Of a stretch of DNA of 64,000 bases, positions 14,126 through 29,186 are shown piece by piece. Every line of letters starts with the position of its first letter. Within the stretch, counting starts at the first letter, position 1. Made by a program: the position numbers and the translations under genes. This stretch comes from an uncultured delta proteobacterium (lineage in GTDB: Bacteria > Myxococcota_A > Polyangia > Fen-1088). Where the stretch lies: NCBI GenBank assembly GCA_963767925.1, contig CAVYGB010000002.1, positions 1,344,001-1,408,000 on the forward strand, written 5' to 3'. The notes beneath the pieces are model-generated. The model saw nothing but the letters and a program-made list of their open reading frames with translations, searched no databases and had not been told where the DNA came from.

Positions 14126-14479
14126 CCCCTCACCCCTCCCTCTCCCCGCTGCCGCGGGGCGAGGGCGAACAGGCGGTGGTGGGCGTCGATCAATGTCCGA
14201 GGTGAGGATCCGAGGCGGCGGATTCGTCGGAGATTTTGGCATTCCCTCGACCGTTCGCCCTGGCCCCGCGAAGCGGGGAGAGGGAGGGGTGAGGGGTCTG
14301 CGGGGGCGGATTCGTCGGAGATTTTGGCATTCCCTCGACCGTTCGCCCTGGCCCCGCGAAGCGGGGAGAGGGAGGGGTGAGGGGTCTGCGGGGGCGGATT
14401 CGTCGGAGATTTTGGCATTCCCTCGACCGTTCGCCCTCGCCCCGCGAAGCGGGGAGAGGGAGGGGTGAGGGGTCTGCGG
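14126..14479. repeat. Inverted REP pair with right arm amplified as 3 x 88 bp (locus 3)
   Basis: Forward REP 14126-14170; unit marker GATTCGTCGGAGATTTTGGCATTCC at 14221, 14309, 14397, each followed by a reverse REP. Confidence 0.92.
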
Positions 14480-14496
14480 ACGAGCGTGGGCGGGTG

Positions 14497-16510
14497 CTAC
14501 ATGACGAGGGCGAGCTCTTCGAGCTGCTTGATGCGGTCGCGGACGGCGGCGGCTTTTTCGAACTCGAGGGCCTCGGCCAGGTCGAACATCTCCTTCTTGA
14601 GCTGCTCGATGAGCGGCGGGGATCTCGTCGGGGGAGAGCTGCTTCTTGCCCTTCTTGCCGCCGCCGGGAGCTGCCACTTGCCGAGGTCGACGAAGTCGTC
14701 CTGGGGGCTGCCGGCCAGGTCGTGGATCGCCTTCTGGATGGTGGTGGGGGTGATGCCGTGCTCGAGGTTGTAGCTCTCCTGCAGGGCCCGGCGCCGGCTG
14801 GTCTCGCTGATGGCCTTCTTCATCGACTCGGTCTCGCGATCGGCGTACATGATGACCTTGCCCCGGATGTTGCGGGCGGCCCGGCCGATGGTCTGGATCA
14901 GCGAGCGCTCGGCCCGCAGAAACCCCTCCTTGTCGGCGTCGAGGATCGCCACCAGCGAGACCTCGGGCAGGTCGAGGCCCTCGCGCAGCAGGTTGATCCC
15001 CACCAGCACGTCGAACTCGCCCAGGCGCAGGTCGCGCAGGATGGCGATGCGCTCGAGGGTGTCGATGTCCGAGTGCAGGTAGCGCACCCGCACCCCCAGC
15101 TCGGCGTAATATTCGGTGAGGTCCTCGGCCATGCGCTTGGTCAAGGTGGTGACCAGCACCCGCTCGTTGATCTTGACCCGCTCGCGCACCTCGCCCAGCA
15201 GATCGTCGACCTGGGAGGCCACCGGCCGGATCTCGATCTCGGGGTCGAGCAGCCCGGTCGGGCGGATCATCTGCTCGACCACCACCCCCTGGGCTGGCGT
15301 CGAGCTCGTACTCCCCGGGCGTGGCCGACACGTAGATCGCCTGGGTGGCGCGCTCGCGCCACTCCTCGAAGCTGCAGGGGGCGGTTGTCCATGGCCGAGG
15401 GCAGGCGAAAGCCGTATTCGACCAGGGTCTCCTTGCGCGAGCGGTCGCCCTTGTACATCGGCCGAGATCTGCGGGATGGTCTGGTGGGACTCGTCGACCA
15501 TCAGCAGGTAGTCCTTGGGGAAGTAGTCGATCAGGGTGGGCGGCGGCTCGCCGGGCGCCCGGCCCGACAGGTGGCGCGAGTAGTTCTCGATCCCCTTGCA
15601 GCGGCCCATCTGCTCCAGCATCTCGAGGTCGTAGAGGGTGCGCTGCTGCAGGCGCTGCTCCTCGACCAGCTTGTTCTGGTCTGTGCAGCTCGACCAGGCG
15701 CTCGCGCAGCTCCTCCTTGATGCCGTTCATGGCCCGCACCAGCTCGGTGGCGGGGGTGACGTAGTGCGAGCCGGGGAAGATCGACACCTCGTCGACCTTG
15801 CGCAGGACCTTGCCGCGCAGGGGGTCGACCTCCGAGATCGATCTCGATCTCGTCGCCCCACCACTCGATGCGGATGGCCCGCTCGCGCTCGTAGGCCGGG
15901 AAGACCTCGACCACGTCGCCTCGCACCCGGAAGGTGCCGCGGGAGAAGTCGACGTCGTTGCGCTCGTAGTGGATCTCGACGAGCCGGCGCAGGACCGCGT
16001 CGCGCCGCACCTCCACCCCCGCCGCCAGGTCGAGCTTCATGCGCCAGGTAAGCCTCGGCCGCCCCGATGCCGAAGATGCAGGAGACCGAGGCCACGATGA
16101 TCACGTCGCGCCGGGTGAGCAGCGCGATAGGTGCCGGCGTGGCGCATGCGATCGATCTCCTCGTTGATCAGCGAGTCCTTCTCGATGTAGGTGTCGGTGG
16201 TGGGGACGTAGGCCTCGGGCTGGTAGTAGTCGTAGTAGCTGACGAAGTAGTGGATGGCGTTGTCGGGGAAGAGCTGCTTGAACTCGAGGTAGAGCTGGTG
16301 GGCCAGGGTCTTGTTGTGGGCGATCACCAGGGTCGGCCGCTGCAGCTGCTCGACCATGTGGGCCATGGTGAAGGTCTTGCCGCTGCCCGTGATCCCCAGC
16401 AGCACCTGGGCCGGATCGCCGCGTCTGACGCCGGCCACGAGCTCCTGGATGGCGACGGGCTGGTCGCCCCGGGGCACGAGGTCGGTCTTGAGGGTAAAGG
16501 GCGTGGGCAT
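14497..16510 (-). CDS. uvrB: Excinuclease ABC subunit B (frameshifted)
   Basis: [74 protein letters not shown]-terminal UVR motif. Confidence 0.97.
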
Positions 16511-16647
16511 GGAGGTCGGGACCCGATCAGCCGGCAAGCGTAGCGCAGGTTCCCTGTCCGCCCACGGTCAGGTTTGTCCGGGCCGCCGTGGGTGCGGCGG
16601 ACGCCTGCCGGGGGTTCTGACTACATGTGTGCGCTATAGTGTAGCGG

Positions 16648-17373
16648 ATGGCCTTGCCGCTCCACGGTAACCAGCGCACGCCCGGTCCGGAACGGCGCGG
16701 CCACGTCATCCGCGGGTATTACGCGATCCTCGACGTCCGGGTCCGGCCCGGCGCCGAGGAGCCGGTCGAGGTGGCGACCGAGGTCATGCGGGCCGAGCAG
16801 CTCCTGGCGGCGCGGCCCTGCTGTCTGCAGCTTCGCGCCAAGCACCTGCCCGTGCGCCCCCTGCTGGAGCTGGCCACCCGGCTGGCCCCCCTGTGCCGCC
16901 AGGCGGGGGTGCCCTTCTGCGTGAACGACCGGCTCGATCTGGCCCTGGTGGTGCGGGCCGACGTGGTCCACCTGGGGCAAGACGACCTGTCGCTGGCCGA
17001 CGCCCGCCGGGTGCTGGCCACCCTGGGCCACAACGTGATCGTCGGCGTCTCGACCCACTCGCTGGCCCAGGCCCGGGCGGCGGTCGAGGCCGGCGCGGAC
17101 TACATCGGCTTCGGGCCGGTCTTCGCCACCGGGAGCAAGGAGCGGCCCGATCCGGTGGTGGGGCTCGAGGGGCTGCGCGCGGTGACGGCGGCGGTGCCGG
17201 TGCCGGTTGTCGCGATCGGCGGTATCCGTCGGATCAACATCCCCCAGATCGTGGCGGCGGGTGCGGCGGCGGCGGCGGTCATCGCCGACATCGAAAACGC
17301 AGAAGACCGCCTCGCGGCCGCCCGCGAGGTGAGCGCCGCCTTCGGGAGCAGAACGTATGAACGATCAGCTTAG
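16648..17373 (+). CDS. thiE: Thiamine-phosphate synthase
   Basis: QLRAK, VNDRLDLA, VHLGQDD, GVSTH, DYIGFGPVFATGSK, VAIGGI. Confidence 0.92.
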   Translation: MALPLHGNQRTPGPERRGHVIRGYYAILDVRVRPGAEEPVEVATEVMRAEQLLAARPCCLQLRAKHLPVRPLLELATRLAPLCRQAGVPFCVNDRLDLALVVRADVVHLGQDDLSLADARRVLATLGHNVIVGVSTHSLAQARAAVEAGADYIGFGPVFATGSKERPDPVVGLEGLRAVTAAVPVPVVAIGGIRRINIPQIVAAGAAAAAVIADIENAEDRLAAAREVSAAFGSRTYERSA

Positions 17374-17869
17374 TGGTCAGATGGTCGGCGACGTGGTCCG
17401 GGCGCGGGCCCGCCGGCTGCGCCGGGGGTGTCAGGTGGCCGGGGCGGCGCTCCTCGTGCTGGTGGCCGGGCTCTCCTCCCCCTCCTGCGCCAACGACGAC
17501 TTCACCGTCGACCGGACGATGCGCCCGGCGCCGGGGCCCAACCCCTTCGTCGACGCTGGCGCCGACGCCGAGGAGTCGTATTGCCCGGCCCAGGTGCCGA
17601 AGATCGGCGAGAACTGCCCCTCGGACATGGAGAACCTGATCCGCTGCAGCTTCGTCGTCGGGGTCTGTGAATATCAGGCGAGCAGCTACGACATCACGGT
17701 CGACTACTGCTGCTCGCGCGGCACGGTCTGGGACACCTGCGGGACCAACACGACCCCCTGTGATCGCGACCCCGACGCGGCCGCGCCCGATCCGGTGATC
17801 CCGCCCGACGCGGGCCCGCGCCCCGACGCCCGGACCGACGCCGCCCCGGACGTCAGCCCCGACGCCTGA
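17357..17869 (+). CDS. Hypothetical Cys-containing lipoprotein
   Basis: Basic N-terminus, hydrophobic stretch ending SSPSC, Cys-rich core, PDA-repeat tail. Confidence 0.7.
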   Translation: MNDQLSGQMVGDVVRARARRLRRGCQVAGAALLVLVAGLSSPSCANDDFTVDRTMRPAPGPNPFVDAGADAEESYCPAQVPKIGENCPSDMENLIRCSFVVGVCEYQASSYDITVDYCCSRGTVWDTCGTNTTPCDRDPDAAAPDPVIPPDAGPRPDARTDAAPDVSPDA

Positions 17870-18040
17870 GCTGGCGCGCGGTTCGCCCGCGCCCACTCGC
17901 CTGCTCCGCCCTGGTGCTGTCTGACGCGTGGCCTCCGGCCGCTTCTCCGGAACGTCACAGGAGTGTTTCGGAGTCCTTGCGCCTGGCTCCGGGGACCCGT
18001 CTACATTTTTGGCAATAACAACAAAGAGCGAGATTGCCAA

Positions 18041-18154
18041 ATGAAGCTGGCGAATGTGGTGCTGGGGGGGAGCGAGGCGAGACCGTGGACGGCCTGGCTC
18101 GTGACCCTCTTCGAAGTGACCGTGGTCCTGGCGCTGCTGCTGACCCGGGACTGA
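18041..18154 (+). CDS. Putative 37-aa small membrane protein
   Basis: MKLANVVLGGSEARPWTAWLVTLFEVTVVLALLLTRD; GC3-rich codons; one hydrophobic helix. Confidence 0.5.
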   Translation: MKLANVVLGGSEARPWTAWLVTLFEVTVVLALLLTRD

Positions 18155-18209
18155 GCGTGCCGGGGCGGCCGTCGGGCCGCCCCGGGCCGGGTGGGCGGCC
18201 GCGCCTGGA

Positions 18210-18917
18210 TCAGCCGGTCTCGTCGGGGCGGCCGACGAAGCGGTAGCCGACGCCGCGGACGGTCTCGATGTAGTCGCCGGCGCGGCCGAGCTTCTCGCGC
18301 AGGCGCTTGACGTGGGTGTCGACGGTGCGGGTGGCCATCTCGGCGCTGGCGCCCCACACGTCCTCGAGCAACGAGCCGCGGGTCTGCACCCGGTCGCGCC
18401 GGTCGTACAGCGTGCCGAGCAGCTTGAACTCGAGGGCGGTCAGCTGCACCTCGGCGTCCTCGACCCAGGCCCGGTGGGCGCTGCGGTCCATCAGCAGGCA
18501 GCCGAAGCGGATGGGGCCCTCGCCCTCGGCCACCGGCACGGGCGGGGCGGCCCGCCGGCGCAGCACCGCCTGCACCCGCAGCAGCAGCTCGCGCGTGCTG
18601 AAGGGCTTGACCACGTAGTCGTCGGCCCCCAGCTCGAAGCCGACCACCCGGTCGATCTCCTCGCCCTTGGCGGTCACCATCATGACCTGGGCGTCGCGGG
18701 TGTGGGCGTGGCTCTTCAGGATCCGGCAGACGTCGAGGCCCGACGAGTCGGGCAACATGATGTCGAGCAGGACCAGGTCGGGCCGGCGCTCGCGGGCCAG
18801 GGCCAGGCCGGTGGCGGCGTCGGCGGCAGAGAACACCTCGTAGCCGGCGCCCTTGAGGTTGTACTCGAGCAGCTCGCGCAGATCGGTTTCGTCTTCGATG
18901 ACGAGCACGCGGGCCAT
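18210..18917 (-). CDS. OmpR/PhoB-family response regulator
   Basis: VLVIEDE, LLDIMLP, GADDYVVKPF, LTALEFKLL, RTVDTHVKRLREKL, IETVRGVGY. Confidence 0.93.
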   Translation of the reverse strand: MARVLVIEDETDLRELLEYNLKGAGYEVFSAADAATGLALARERRPDLVLLDIMLPDSSGLDVCRILKSHAHTRDAQVMMVTAKGEEIDRVVGFELGADDYVVKPFSTRELLLRVQAVLRRRAAPPVPVAEGEGPIRFGCLLMDRSAHRAWVEDAEVQLTALEFKLLGTLYDRRDRVQTRGSLLEDVWGASAEMATRTVDTHVKRLREKLGRAGDYIETVRGVGYRFVGRPDETG

Positions 18918-18942
18918 GGGTTCTCGGGGGACTCGGGCCACG

Positions 18943-22402
<3,460 letters not shown>

Positions 22403-22543
22403 ACTGTTTCCCGGGCCGGAACCTACACGGGCGGGCCGCCGGGTTCCACCACCGGTTTGTACCCCCTGCCGCCGGCCGCGCGTCAGAGGGTGACCTGAGT
22501 ATTTCTGGTGTCGCGGGCGCGGGCGGGTATAAGGGCGGGCTCC

Positions 22544-24712
22544 ATGGCAGACGGACCGGCTCTCAGGGCGGGGCTCAAGCTGGCCGCCGGGCTGGCCCAC
22601 TTCCGGCTGGCGCCGGCGGTGCGGGGGGCGCGGGCGGTCGACGTGGGGGCCGCGACGGGCGGCTTCACCGAGCTGCTGTTACAGCAGGGCGCCGCGCATG
22701 TGACGGCGATCGACGCCGGGCAAGGGCAGCTCCTGCCGCGGCTGCGCGCCGACGCCCGGGTGGCCAGCCACGAGCGGACCGACTGGAGGACGCTGTCGCG
22801 GCAGCAGGCGCCCGGGCCCTTCGACTTTTTCACGGTCGACGTCAGCATCGTGGCGGCGCGGAGCATGTTGCCGGGTCTCGCTCTCCGGCTGCGGGCGGGG
22901 GCCCAGGGGGTCGTCCTGCTCAAGCCGCAGCTCGAGGTGCCGCCCCGCCCGCAAGAGCAGCCCGCCGACCCCGCCGTGCGGGCCCGGGCGCTGGCGGTGT
23001 TTCGCAAGAAGGCGGCGGGCCTCGGGTTCCAGGTGGTGGGCCAGATGGACGCGCCGGTGGCCGGCGCCAGGGGCACGGTCGAGCTGCTCCTGCACCTGCG
23101 CTTTTCCGGACGCCCGGGAACCCCGCCGGCGTGGGGCGAGGTAGCGCGCGGCGAGGCAGGGTCGGGCGGTGGGCGGCGCGTGCGGGCGGCGCGGCCGGAG
23201 CCGCCGGCTGGCGGAGTCGCGCCGAGCGGAGCGGGGCCGAGCGGAGCGGGGCCGAGCGGAGCCGCGTCGAGCGGAGCCGCGTCGAGCGGAGCCATCCGGG
23301 GTCGGGCCGGCGAAGGGTTGACCGGGGAGCTGGCCTGGTTCGCGGTTGTGGCGCCGGGGCTGGAGGCGGTGGCCCGGGCGGAGGTGGAGCGGTTACCGGG
23401 GGTGAAGAAGGTGGAGGTGGTGACGGGCGGGGTGGCGTTCGCCGGCGACCTGGCGGTGGGAGCGGCGGCCAACCTGCGGCTGCGGGTGGCGACGCGGGTG
23501 CTGCTGCGGGTGGGGACGGTGCGGGCGCGGGAGTTCCCCAAGCTGCGGCGGCTGCTCGGCGCGCTCGACTTCGCCCCGCTCGTCGCGGCGGACCGGCCGC
23601 TTCGGCTGAACGTGTCGGCGACCCGCTCGCGCCTCTACCACACCAAGGCGCTCGCCGAGACGGTGGCGCTGGCCATCGGCGACCGGCTGGGCGCGCCGAT
23701 GGCGCTGGCCGCGCCGGCTCCCCCGGAAGAGGAAGAGGAAGAGGACCCGCCCGCGCCAGCCCAGGGGAGCGCGGCCTCCGGGACATCATCCGGTCACGGA
23801 GAAGAGGTGGCCTCCGGATCGGCGAAGAGCGCCGCGGGCGAGCCCGTCGAGCCGGCAGAGCCGGTCGATACCGTGGACCCGGCGGAGCCGGCCGAGCCGG
23901 TGAAGCCGGCCGAGGCGCTGGAGACGCGGGTGCTGGTGCGGGGGGAGGACGACGTCTGGACGGTGAGCGTGGACGCGTCGGGCGAGCTGCTGCACCGGCG
24001 GGGCTGGCGGGTGGAGGCGGGGCGGGCGCCCCTGCGCGAGACGCTGGCGGCGGGGGTGCTGGCGCTGGCGGGGTACGACCCCGTGCGGCCCCTGATCGAT
24101 GCCATGTGCGGCGCCGGGACGCTGGCCCTCGAGGGCGCGGCCATCGCGGCCGGGCGGGCGCCGGGGCTGGGGCGTTCGTTCGCGCTCGAGCGCTGGCCGG
24201 GCTGGCCGCCCGCGGTCGGGCAGCAGGTGCGGGCCCGGGCGGAGAAGGAGCAGGCGGCCCGCCCGCCCGCGCCCATCGCCGGCTGGGATCGCGACCCGGC
24301 GGTGCTCGAGCGGGCCCGGCGCAACGCCGAGCGGGCCGGCTTCGCCGTGGCGGTAGGGTTCGAGCAGCGGCAGATCGGCGACTGGCGCGCGCCGGCCGAG
24401 GGTGGGCCCGGGCTGCTGGTGATCAACCCACCTTACGGCCGGCGGCTGACGAACCCGGCCGCCGCCCGCGCCCTCGTGCGCCAGATCGGCGGTGCGCTGC
24501 GCGCCCACTTCGCCGGGTGGCGGGCGGCCGTGCTGCTGGGCGACCCGCGCTGGGCGCCGCTGCTCGGCCTCGCCAACCTCGCGTTGCATCCCCTCTTCAA
24601 CGGGGGCCTGCGCGTGCAGCTCGCGGTGGGGGAGGTGAAGGGGGCGCGCGCTCCCGCCGGCGCGGCGCCCGGGCGGGCGGTCGACGGTGCGGGGCGAGGG
24701 GGCCCAGGGTAG
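22544..24712 (+). CDS. Fused TlyA/FtsJ-like 2'-O-methyltransferase + THUMP/RlmL-like RNA methyltransferase
   Basis: N-terminal [24 protein letters not shown]-terminal [45 protein letters not shown]. Confidence 0.8.
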   Translation: MADGPALRAGLKLAAGLAHFRLAPAVRGARAVDVGAATGGFTELLLQQGAAHVTAIDAGQGQLLPRLRADARVASHERTDWRTLSRQQAPGPFDFFTVDVSIVAARSMLPGLALRLRAGAQGVVLLKPQLEVPPRPQEQPADPAVRARALAVFRKKAAGLGFQVVGQMDAPVAGARGTVELLLHLRFSGRPGTPPAWGEVARGEAGSGGGRRVRAARPEPPAGGVAPSGAGPSGAGPSGAASSGAASSGAIRGRAGEGLTGELAWFAVVAPGLEAVARAEVERLPGVKKVEVVTGGVAFAGDLAVGAAANLRLRVATRVLLRVGTVRAREFPKLRRLLGALDFAPLVAADRPLRLNVSATRSRLYHTKALAETVALAIGDRLGAPMALAAPAPPEEEEEEDPPAPAQGSAASGTSSGHGEEVASGSAKSAAGEPVEPAEPVDTVDPAEPAEPVKPAEALETRVLVRGEDDVWTVSVDASGELLHRRGWRVEAGRAPLRETLAAGVLALAGYDPVRPLIDAMCGAGTLALEGAAIAAGRAPGLGRSFALERWPGWPPAVGQQVRARAEKEQAARPPAPIAGWDRDPAVLERARRNAERAGFAVAVGFEQRQIGDWRAPAEGGPGLLVINPPYGRRLTNPAAARALVRQIGGALRAHFAGWRAAVLLGDPRWAPLLGLANLALHPLFNGGLRVQLAVGEVKGARAPAGAAPGRAVDGAGRGGPG

Positions 24713-24728
24713 ATTGCGCGCCGGAATC

Positions 24729-26459
24729 ATGGTTGGCAGAGTGCTGGCGAAGCTTCGCGGCGGATGGGGGGCGCGCGGCGCGCTCTTTCTCGCGCTGTTC
24801 TCCTTCTTTCTGCTCTCGGGCGGGCGCGAGCGGCCCTACGCCGACGCCACCCCGATGTGGGAGGTGGCCGAGTCGATCGTGCGGCGCGGGTCGCTGTCGA
24901 TCCGGACGGCCTGGCCCGCGGATCTGCCGCGCGGGCGCGGCGGGCGGATCTACGCGGTGGCGCCGCTGCTGCAGTCGCTGGTGCACGTGCCGGGCGCCTG
25001 GGGCCGCTGGGCGCTCGGCAAGATCGCGCCGGCCACCGCGCCCTATTCGATGCCTCTCTTCAGCCACCTGGCGCCGGCGGCCCTCGGCGCCGCGGCTTGC
25101 CTGACCTTCTGGCTGCTCGTCGGGGGACTGGTGGGGCCGCTGGCGGCGGCGCTGTCGACCGGGACGCTCGCGCTGGGGACCTACCTCTGGGTCTACGCCC
25201 GCTCGCCCTACTCGGAGGTCCTGCAGGCGACCTGTTTCCTCCTGTTTCTCCTGGCGCTGCTGCGGGCGCGGGCGGCGCCGAGCACCCGCAGCGCCGTCTG
25301 GCTGGGGGCGGCGGCCGGGGCCCTGCTCGCCAGCAAGCTGCTCTACGCCCTCGCGCTGGTCGGGGGGATGGCCTGGCTGGCCCACGGCCTGTTGCGCGCG
25401 GCCTGGCGCCGCCCGGTCGATCTGGCGAGCGCACCCGCTCCGGCGGAAGCGGAAGCGACCGCGGCCGGTCCGGGCGGGCGGCCGGCGCTGCTGGCGGCGC
25501 TGCGGCTGTTCGGCTGGGTGGCGCTGGGGATGGCGCCCTTCGTCCTGCTGGTGCTCGGCTACAACTACCTTCGCTGGGGGAGCTGGCTCGAGGCGGGCTA
25601 CGCCCTCAACACGACCCCGGGGCGGGTGATGCTGCCGGTGTTCGGCGAGAGCCTGCCGGTCGGGCTGGCCGGCCTCTTCCTCTCGCCGGGCAAGAGCTTC
25701 TTCCTCTACAGCCCGCCGCTGCTTGTCGGGCTGCTCGGGTTGCCCCGGCTGTACCGGAGGGCGCCGGCGGTGGTGGCGGCGCTGGCGCTCACCGCCTTGC
25801 CGGTGGTGCTCCTGTACGGCAAGTTCCTGTTCTGGGCGGGCGACTACGCCTGGGGGCCCCGCTATCTGGTCTTCCTCGCCCCGCTGCTGATGGTGCCGGC
25901 GGCGGTGGTGCTCGACGACGTGCTGGCTGCGACGCACCGCTGGTGGCGGCGGGCGCTGCTGGCCGGGCTGGGCCTTCTGGCGGCGGTCGGGATCGGCGTG
26001 CAGGTTGTCGGCAACAGCTTCATCTGGGACCACCACATCCGCATCACCCGGGAGCTGAGCGAGGCCTGGCTGGGGCGGCCGAACAAGACCGGCGCCGCGG
26101 TCCCCGAGCGCGAGGGGCTGTGCGGGGCCTGCTTCGAGGACATGCACCGGCAGCAGTGGCTGCCGGCCTTCCAGCCCATCGCCGGCCACCTCTGGTTGCT
26201 CCGCCACGTGCCCCGCGGCCACGACTGGGCGACGGCGGTCAAGGACACCCCCTGGAGCCGCTACACCACCGTGCCCTTCGACGTCTCCGGGCCCTACGAA
26301 GCGGTTCGCCTCGACTGGTGGTTCCTCGAGCTGCGCACCCTCAGCCTGCCGCTCGCCCTCGTCCTCCTCGTCCTGCTGACGGCAGGCACCGCGGGCGGCA
26401 CCCGGGCCTTCCTGCGCCGCTGGCGCCGGCCCCCTGGTGCCCCGGCCCCGACCGTCTGA
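24729..26459 (+). CDS. Polytopic membrane protein, GT-C glycosyltransferase-like
   Basis: Many hydrophobic helices; YAD near N-terminus, YSE, SPGKSFFLYSP, WGPRYL. Confidence 0.7.
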   Translation: MVGRVLAKLRGGWGARGALFLALFSFFLLSGGRERPYADATPMWEVAESIVRRGSLSIRTAWPADLPRGRGGRIYAVAPLLQSLVHVPGAWGRWALGKIAPATAPYSMPLFSHLAPAALGAAACLTFWLLVGGLVGPLAAALSTGTLALGTYLWVYARSPYSEVLQATCFLLFLLALLRARAAPSTRSAVWLGAAAGALLASKLLYALALVGGMAWLAHGLLRAAWRRPVDLASAPAPAEAEATAAGPGGRPALLAALRLFGWVALGMAPFVLLVLGYNYLRWGSWLEAGYALNTTPGRVMLPVFGESLPVGLAGLFLSPGKSFFLYSPPLLVGLLGLPRLYRRAPAVVAALALTALPVVLLYGKFLFWAGDYAWGPRYLVFLAPLLMVPAAVVLDDVLAATHRWWRRALLAGLGLLAAVGIGVQVVGNSFIWDHHIRITRELSEAWLGRPNKTGAAVPEREGLCGACFEDMHRQQWLPAFQPIAGHLWLLRHVPRGHDWATAVKDTPWSRYTTVPFDVSGPYEAVRLDWWFLELRTLSLPLALVLLVLLTAGTAGGTRAFLRRWRRPPGAPAPTV

Positions 26460-26497
26460 ACCGCGGAAGCCGGGCGGGCCCGCGATGTTCGAGCGGC

Positions 26498-29179
26498 TCA
26501 GCCCGGGGGGACCTTGTCGAGCTGGAGGGCGCCCGCTACGGCGCTGGCCCGGATGTGGTCGCCGGGGGCGAGCTGGCCGGCGAGGATCTTCTCGGCCAGG
26601 GGGTCGCGCAGGCGGCGCTGCAGGCTGCGCTTGACCGGGCGGGCGCCGAAGGCGGGATCGTAGCTCTCGCGGGCCAGCAGGGCGCGCGCCTCCGGCGTCA
26701 CCTCGAGGGTCAGCTTCTGCTCGGCCAGGGTGATGGCCAGGCGGCGGAGCTGCAGGTCGACGATGGCCTCGATCTCCTTTTCCCCGAGGGGGTTGAAGAT
26801 CACGGTCTCGTCGATGCGGTTGAGGAACTCGGGGCGGAAGTGGCCGTGCAGGGCGGCCCGCACCTCGCGCCGGATCGCCTCCCGGTCGCCGGCGGCGGCG
26901 AGGATGGCGGGGCCGGCCAGGTTGGAGGTCAAGATGAGCACGGTGTTGGCGAAGGGGACGGTGCGGCCCCGGCTGTCGGTGAGGCGGCCGTCGTCGAGCA
27001 CCGCCAGCAGCACGTTCCAGACGTCGGGGTGGGCCTTCTCCACCTCGTCGAACAGCACCACCGCGTAGGGGCGGCGGCGCACCGCCTCGGTGAGCTGGCC
27101 CCCCTCCTCGTAGCCCACGTAGCCGGGCGGGGCGCCCGACAGGCGGGCCACCGTGTGCTTGTCCATGTATTCGGACATGTCGAGCCGGATGAGGGCGTGC
27201 TCGTCGTCGAACAGGAACTCGGCCAGGGCCTTCGACAGCTCGGTCTTGCCCACCCCGGTCGGGCCCAGGAACAGGAACGACCCGATCGGCCGGCCGGGGT
27301 CGGCCAGCCCGGCCCGGGCCCGCTTGACCGCCTGGCCCACCAGGCGCACCGCCTCGTCCTGGCCGAGCACCCGCTCGCGCAGGCGGGCCTCGATGCCGAG
27401 GATCTTCTGGCGCTCGCCCTCGAGCATGCGGGCCACCGGGATGCCGGTCCAGTCGGCCACCACCCGGGCCACGTGCACCGGCTCGACGGCGTCCTCGAGC
27501 AGGCGCTCGCTCCCCTGCACCGTCCGCAGGGTGGTCTCCGCGTCGGCGGCGGCCTTCTCCAGGGCGGGGAGCTGACCGTGGCGCAGCTCGGCCGCCCGGG
27601 CCAGGTCGCCCGCCCGCTCCGCCGTCTCGGCCTCGCCCCGCAGACCATTGAGCGCCCGCAGGGCCCCGGTGAGGGTGTTGATGGCGTCGAGCTCGGCGTG
27701 CCACTTGCTGCGCATCGGCTCGAGCCGGGCGCGCAGCTCGGCCAGCGAGGCCGACAGGCGCTGCCGCCGCTCGCCCCGGTCGGCCTCCCGGTCGCGGTCG
27801 AGGGTAGCGAGCTCCAGGGCCAGGGCTCGCTCGCGCCGGGCCAGGGCGTCGACCTCGTCGGGCTGCGAGTCGAGCTCGAGCCGCAGGCGGCTGCCCGCCT
27901 CGTCGAGCAGGTCGATGGCCTTGTCGGGCAGGGCCCGCCCGGCCACGTAGCGCCGGGCCAGCTTGACCGCGGCCACCAGGGCGGCGTCCTGGACCCGCAC
28001 GCGGTGCTTGTCCTCGTAGCGGGTCTTGATCCCGCGCAATATGGCGATGCCGGTCTCCTCGTCGGGCTCCTCGATCATCACCGGCAGGAAGCGCCGCTCG
28101 AAGGCGGGGTCCTTCTCGATGTGCAGGCGGTACTCGTCGACGGTGGTGGCGCCGATGCAGGTCAGCTCGCCCCGGGCCAGCGCCGGCTTGAGCAGATCGG
28201 CGGCGTCGAGGGCGCCGTCGCCCTGGCCCGCGCCGATGAGGGTGTGGATCTCGTCGAAGAACAGCAGCGCCCGCCCGCCCGCCTCGCGCACCTCGGCCAG
28301 CAGGCCCCGCACCCGATCCTCGAACTCGCCCCGGAACTTGGCCCCCGCGATCAGCGCCCCCACGTCGAGGGCCAGGATCCGCTTGTCGGCCAGGCCGCTC
28401 GGCACGTCGCCGGCGGCGATGCGGGCGGCCAGCCCCTCGACCACCGCGGTCTTGCCCACCCCGGGATCGCCGACAAGGATGGGGTTGCTCTTGCCGCGCC
28501 GGCCGAGGATCTGCATCAGGCGGCGGGTCTCGTCGTCGCGCCCGATCACCGGGTCGAGCCCCCCGGCGGCGGCCAGGGCGGTCAGGTCGCGGGCGTACTT
28601 CTTCAGCAGGACGCCGATGCCGTTGCCCGCCCGCTCGTCCGCCAGGGGGGCGCCCGCGGTCGGCCCGCTCATGCCCCGGGCGGGCGAGCTGGAGGCGTTC
28701 GCTGCCGGCGCCTCCGACTCGTCCGGGGAGAGGGGCAGGGCCCCGCCCGCCGGGCGGCCGGTGGCGGCCGCGGCCTGCTCCAGCTTGGTGAGGGTGACGC
28801 CCAGCTCGCGCAGCACCTCGGCGGCGGCCGAGCGGGTCTCGAGCGGGATGCCGATCAGCAGGTGCACCGGGGAGACCGCCGCCTCGCCGCGCTCGCGCGC
28901 CTCGACCTGGGCCAGGTCGAGCAGGCGCAGCACCCGCTCGGCGAGGTAGACCTTGGCCCCTGGCACCTTGGCCTGCCCGCGCAGGGCCTGCTCGAGCCGC
29001 AGGCGGACCTGGTGCAGGTCGGCCCCGGCGCGCTCGAGCACATCGGCGCTGGCCGGCACCTCGGTCAGGGCCGACAGCAGATGCTCCAGCTCGACCGCCT
29101 CCTCGTCGCGGGCGCGGGCCAGCCGCTGGGCGGCCACCACCGCACCCCGCCCCTCGCGCGAGAGGAAGTCGAAGCTCAC
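26498..29179 (-). CDS. clpB: ClpB-family AAA+ disaggregase (divergent)
   Basis: Clp-N repeats, [29 protein letters not shown], coiled-coil M domain, [19 protein letters not shown]; no IGF loop. Confidence 0.88.
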   Translation of the reverse strand: MSFDFLSREGRGAVVAAQRLARARDEEAVELEHLLSALTEVPASADVLERAGADLHQVRLRLEQALRGQAKVPGAKVYLAERVLRLLDLAQVEARERGEAAVSPVHLLIGIPLETRSAAAEVLRELGVTLTKLEQAAAATGRPAGGALPLSPDESEAPAANASSSPARGMSGPTAGAPLADERAGNGIGVLLKKYARDLTALAAAGGLDPVIGRDDETRRLMQILGRRGKSNPILVGDPGVGKTAVVEGLAARIAAGDVPSGLADKRILALDVGALIAGAKFRGEFEDRVRGLLAEVREAGGRALLFFDEIHTLIGAGQGDGALDAADLLKPALARGELTCIGATTVDEYRLHIEKDPAFERRFLPVMIEEPDEETGIAILRGIKTRYEDKHRVRVQDAALVAAVKLARRYVAGRALPDKAIDLLDEAGSRLRLELDSQPDEVDALARRERALALELATLDRDREADRGERRQRLSASLAELRARLEPMRSKWHAELDAINTLTGALRALNGLRGEAETAERAGDLARAAELRHGQLPALEKAAADAETTLRTVQGSERLLEDAVEPVHVARVVADWTGIPVARMLEGERQKILGIEARLRERVLGQDEAVRLVGQAVKRARAGLADPGRPIGSFLFLGPTGVGKTELSKALAEFLFDDEHALIRLDMSEYMDKHTVARLSGAPPGYVGYEEGGQLTEAVRRRPYAVVLFDEVEKAHPDVWNVLLAVLDDGRLTDSRGRTVPFANTVLILTSNLAGPAILAAAGDREAIRREVRAALHGHFRPEFLNRIDETVIFNPLGEKEIEAIVDLQLRRLAITLAEQKLTLEVTPEARALLARESYDPAFGARPVKRSLQRRLRDPLAEKILAGQLAPGDHIRASAVAGALQLDKVPPG

Positions 29180-29186
29180 GAGGCGA

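Noticed and set aside
16520..16700. TPP riboswitch upstream of thiE
   Set aside because: No CTGAGA or other TPP aptamer core is visible in the short uvrB-thiE intergenic region.
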